Source: Mobula birostris (taxonomy: Eukaryota). Taken from it: a DNA stretch of 64,000 nt. The stretch is from the NCBI RefSeq assembly GCF_030028105.1, contig NC_092398.1, forward strand, positions 25,001,649-25,065,648, read 5' to 3'. How positions within the stretch are numbered: position 1 is the stretch's first letter; the number at the start of each line of letters is the position of its first letter. This document shows, one piece after another, positions 62,827 to 64,000 of the stretch. The notes beneath the pieces are model-generated. The model was not told the origin of the DNA. It made no database searches and saw only the letters and a program-made list of their open reading frames with translations. The translations under genes and the position numbers were made by a program.

Positions 62827-64000
62827 ATCAAAGGTTACGGGGAGTAGGGCTGAGTGGGGTGGGGGGCGGATCAGCCATGATTGAATGGTGGAGCAGACAT
62901 GATGGGCCAAATGGCCTAATTCTGCCCCCATGTGTTATGATCTTATATTATGCCCGGCTATTTACCTACTCTAACATCAATCCAACCCTTCCCTCCCACA
63001 TCGCCCTCCATTGTTCTATCATCCATTTGCTTGTCCAAGAGTTTCTTAAATGTCCCCAAAGTATTTGTGTCGACTACCACCCCTGCTGAGTCGTTCCCAC
63101 CACTCTCTGTGTGAAAAACCTACCTCTGACATCCCCTCTATACTTTCCTCTAATCTCCTTAAAATTATACCCCATCATATTAGCCATTTCCGCCCTGAGA
63201 AAAAGCCTCTGGCTGTCCACTCTATCGATGCCTCTTGTCGTCTTGCACACCTCTATCAGGTCACCTCTCATCCTCCTTTGCTGTGGAGAGAAAAGCCCCA
63301 GCTTGCTGAAGCTGTATTCATAAGACATGCTCTCTAATCCAGGCAGCATTCTGGTAAATCTTCTCTGCACCCTCTCTAAATGAAGTGGCCTGAACTGAAC
63401 ACAATACTTCAAGTGTGGTCTAACTGGAGTTCTGTGGAGATGAAACATTATCTCATGGATCTTAAACTCAGTCCTCCGACTGATGACAGCAACACTCCTT
63501 ATGCCCTCTTCTCCATCCTGTCGGATTGCCTGCCAACCTTGAGGCATCTATGGGCTCCGTCTCTGTTCCTCCACACTGCTAAAAGTCCTGACATAAATTC
63601 TGCCTTCAAGTTCAACCTTACGAAGTGAGTCATTTCACACTTTTCTGAGTGGAACTCTGGGGTGTCAGAGTTCAGTGAATCAGCAATGACAGAGGCTTTG
63701 GAGAAGGTGCAGAAGCGGTTCAGCAGAATCCTGCCTGGATTCAGGGCATGGGCGATAAGGAGGGGGTTGGACCAGCTAGCGTGGTTTTCTCTGGAGAGTC
63801 GGAGGACGAGTGGAGACCTGATAGAAGTTTGTAAGATATTGAGAGGCATCGGTAGGGGAGGCAGAGTCTTTCCCATCAGTGTGGAAATGTCAAAGACGGA
63901 AGGACAGGCATTTAAGGTGAAAGGGGGCAGGAGGCAGAGAATGAAGAACAGACGCGGAGCAAATTGTTTTACGCAGAGGTGGGTGTCGGGAACAGGCTGC
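62827..64000. repeat. Start of a third, more diverged repeat unit (truncated by the window end)
   Basis: atcaaaggttacggggagtagggctg at 62827. The same order of CR1 fragments as positions 1-900 follows, with visibly more substitutions. Confidence 0.8.

Noticed and set aside
1-64000. CRISPR arrays, rRNA or tRNA genes, prokaryotic operons
   Set aside because: None seen. The only tRNA-like sequences are SINE heads and the Gypsy PBS.

Overview
Eukaryotic, repeat-dense vertebrate DNA. The TE set (CR1, Rex/Babar, V-SINE, Penelope-like remnants) and the GPCR family point to a cartilaginous fish, probably a ray (inference). The window is a head-to-tail tandem array: unit 1 = 1-27034, unit 2 = 27035-62826, and a more diverged unit 3 starts at 62827. 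Units 1 and 2 each carry, on the minus strand, (i) an intact two-exon, 359-aa class A GPCR of the GPR139/GPR142-like type, whose first exon the ORF track reports separately, and (ii) a split MHC-like gene remnant: a frameshifted Ig C1-set exon plus a clean 114-nt transmembrane exon that the ORF track misses. The rest is nested TEs: a decayed ZMYM1-like hAT with 8-bp TSDs, Charlie-type non-autonomous hATs carrying a captured CR1 tail, CR1 and Rex/Babar LINEs, and, in unit 2 only, a full-length CsRn1-type Gypsy element inside the hAT. Unit 1 and unit 2 are about 99% identical up to ~17.6/44.6 kb and clearly more diverged after that point, which suggests a recent unequal crossover inside the hAT on top of an older duplication. 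No rRNA, tRNA genes or CRISPR arrays were seen. All identity and difference counts are by eye.
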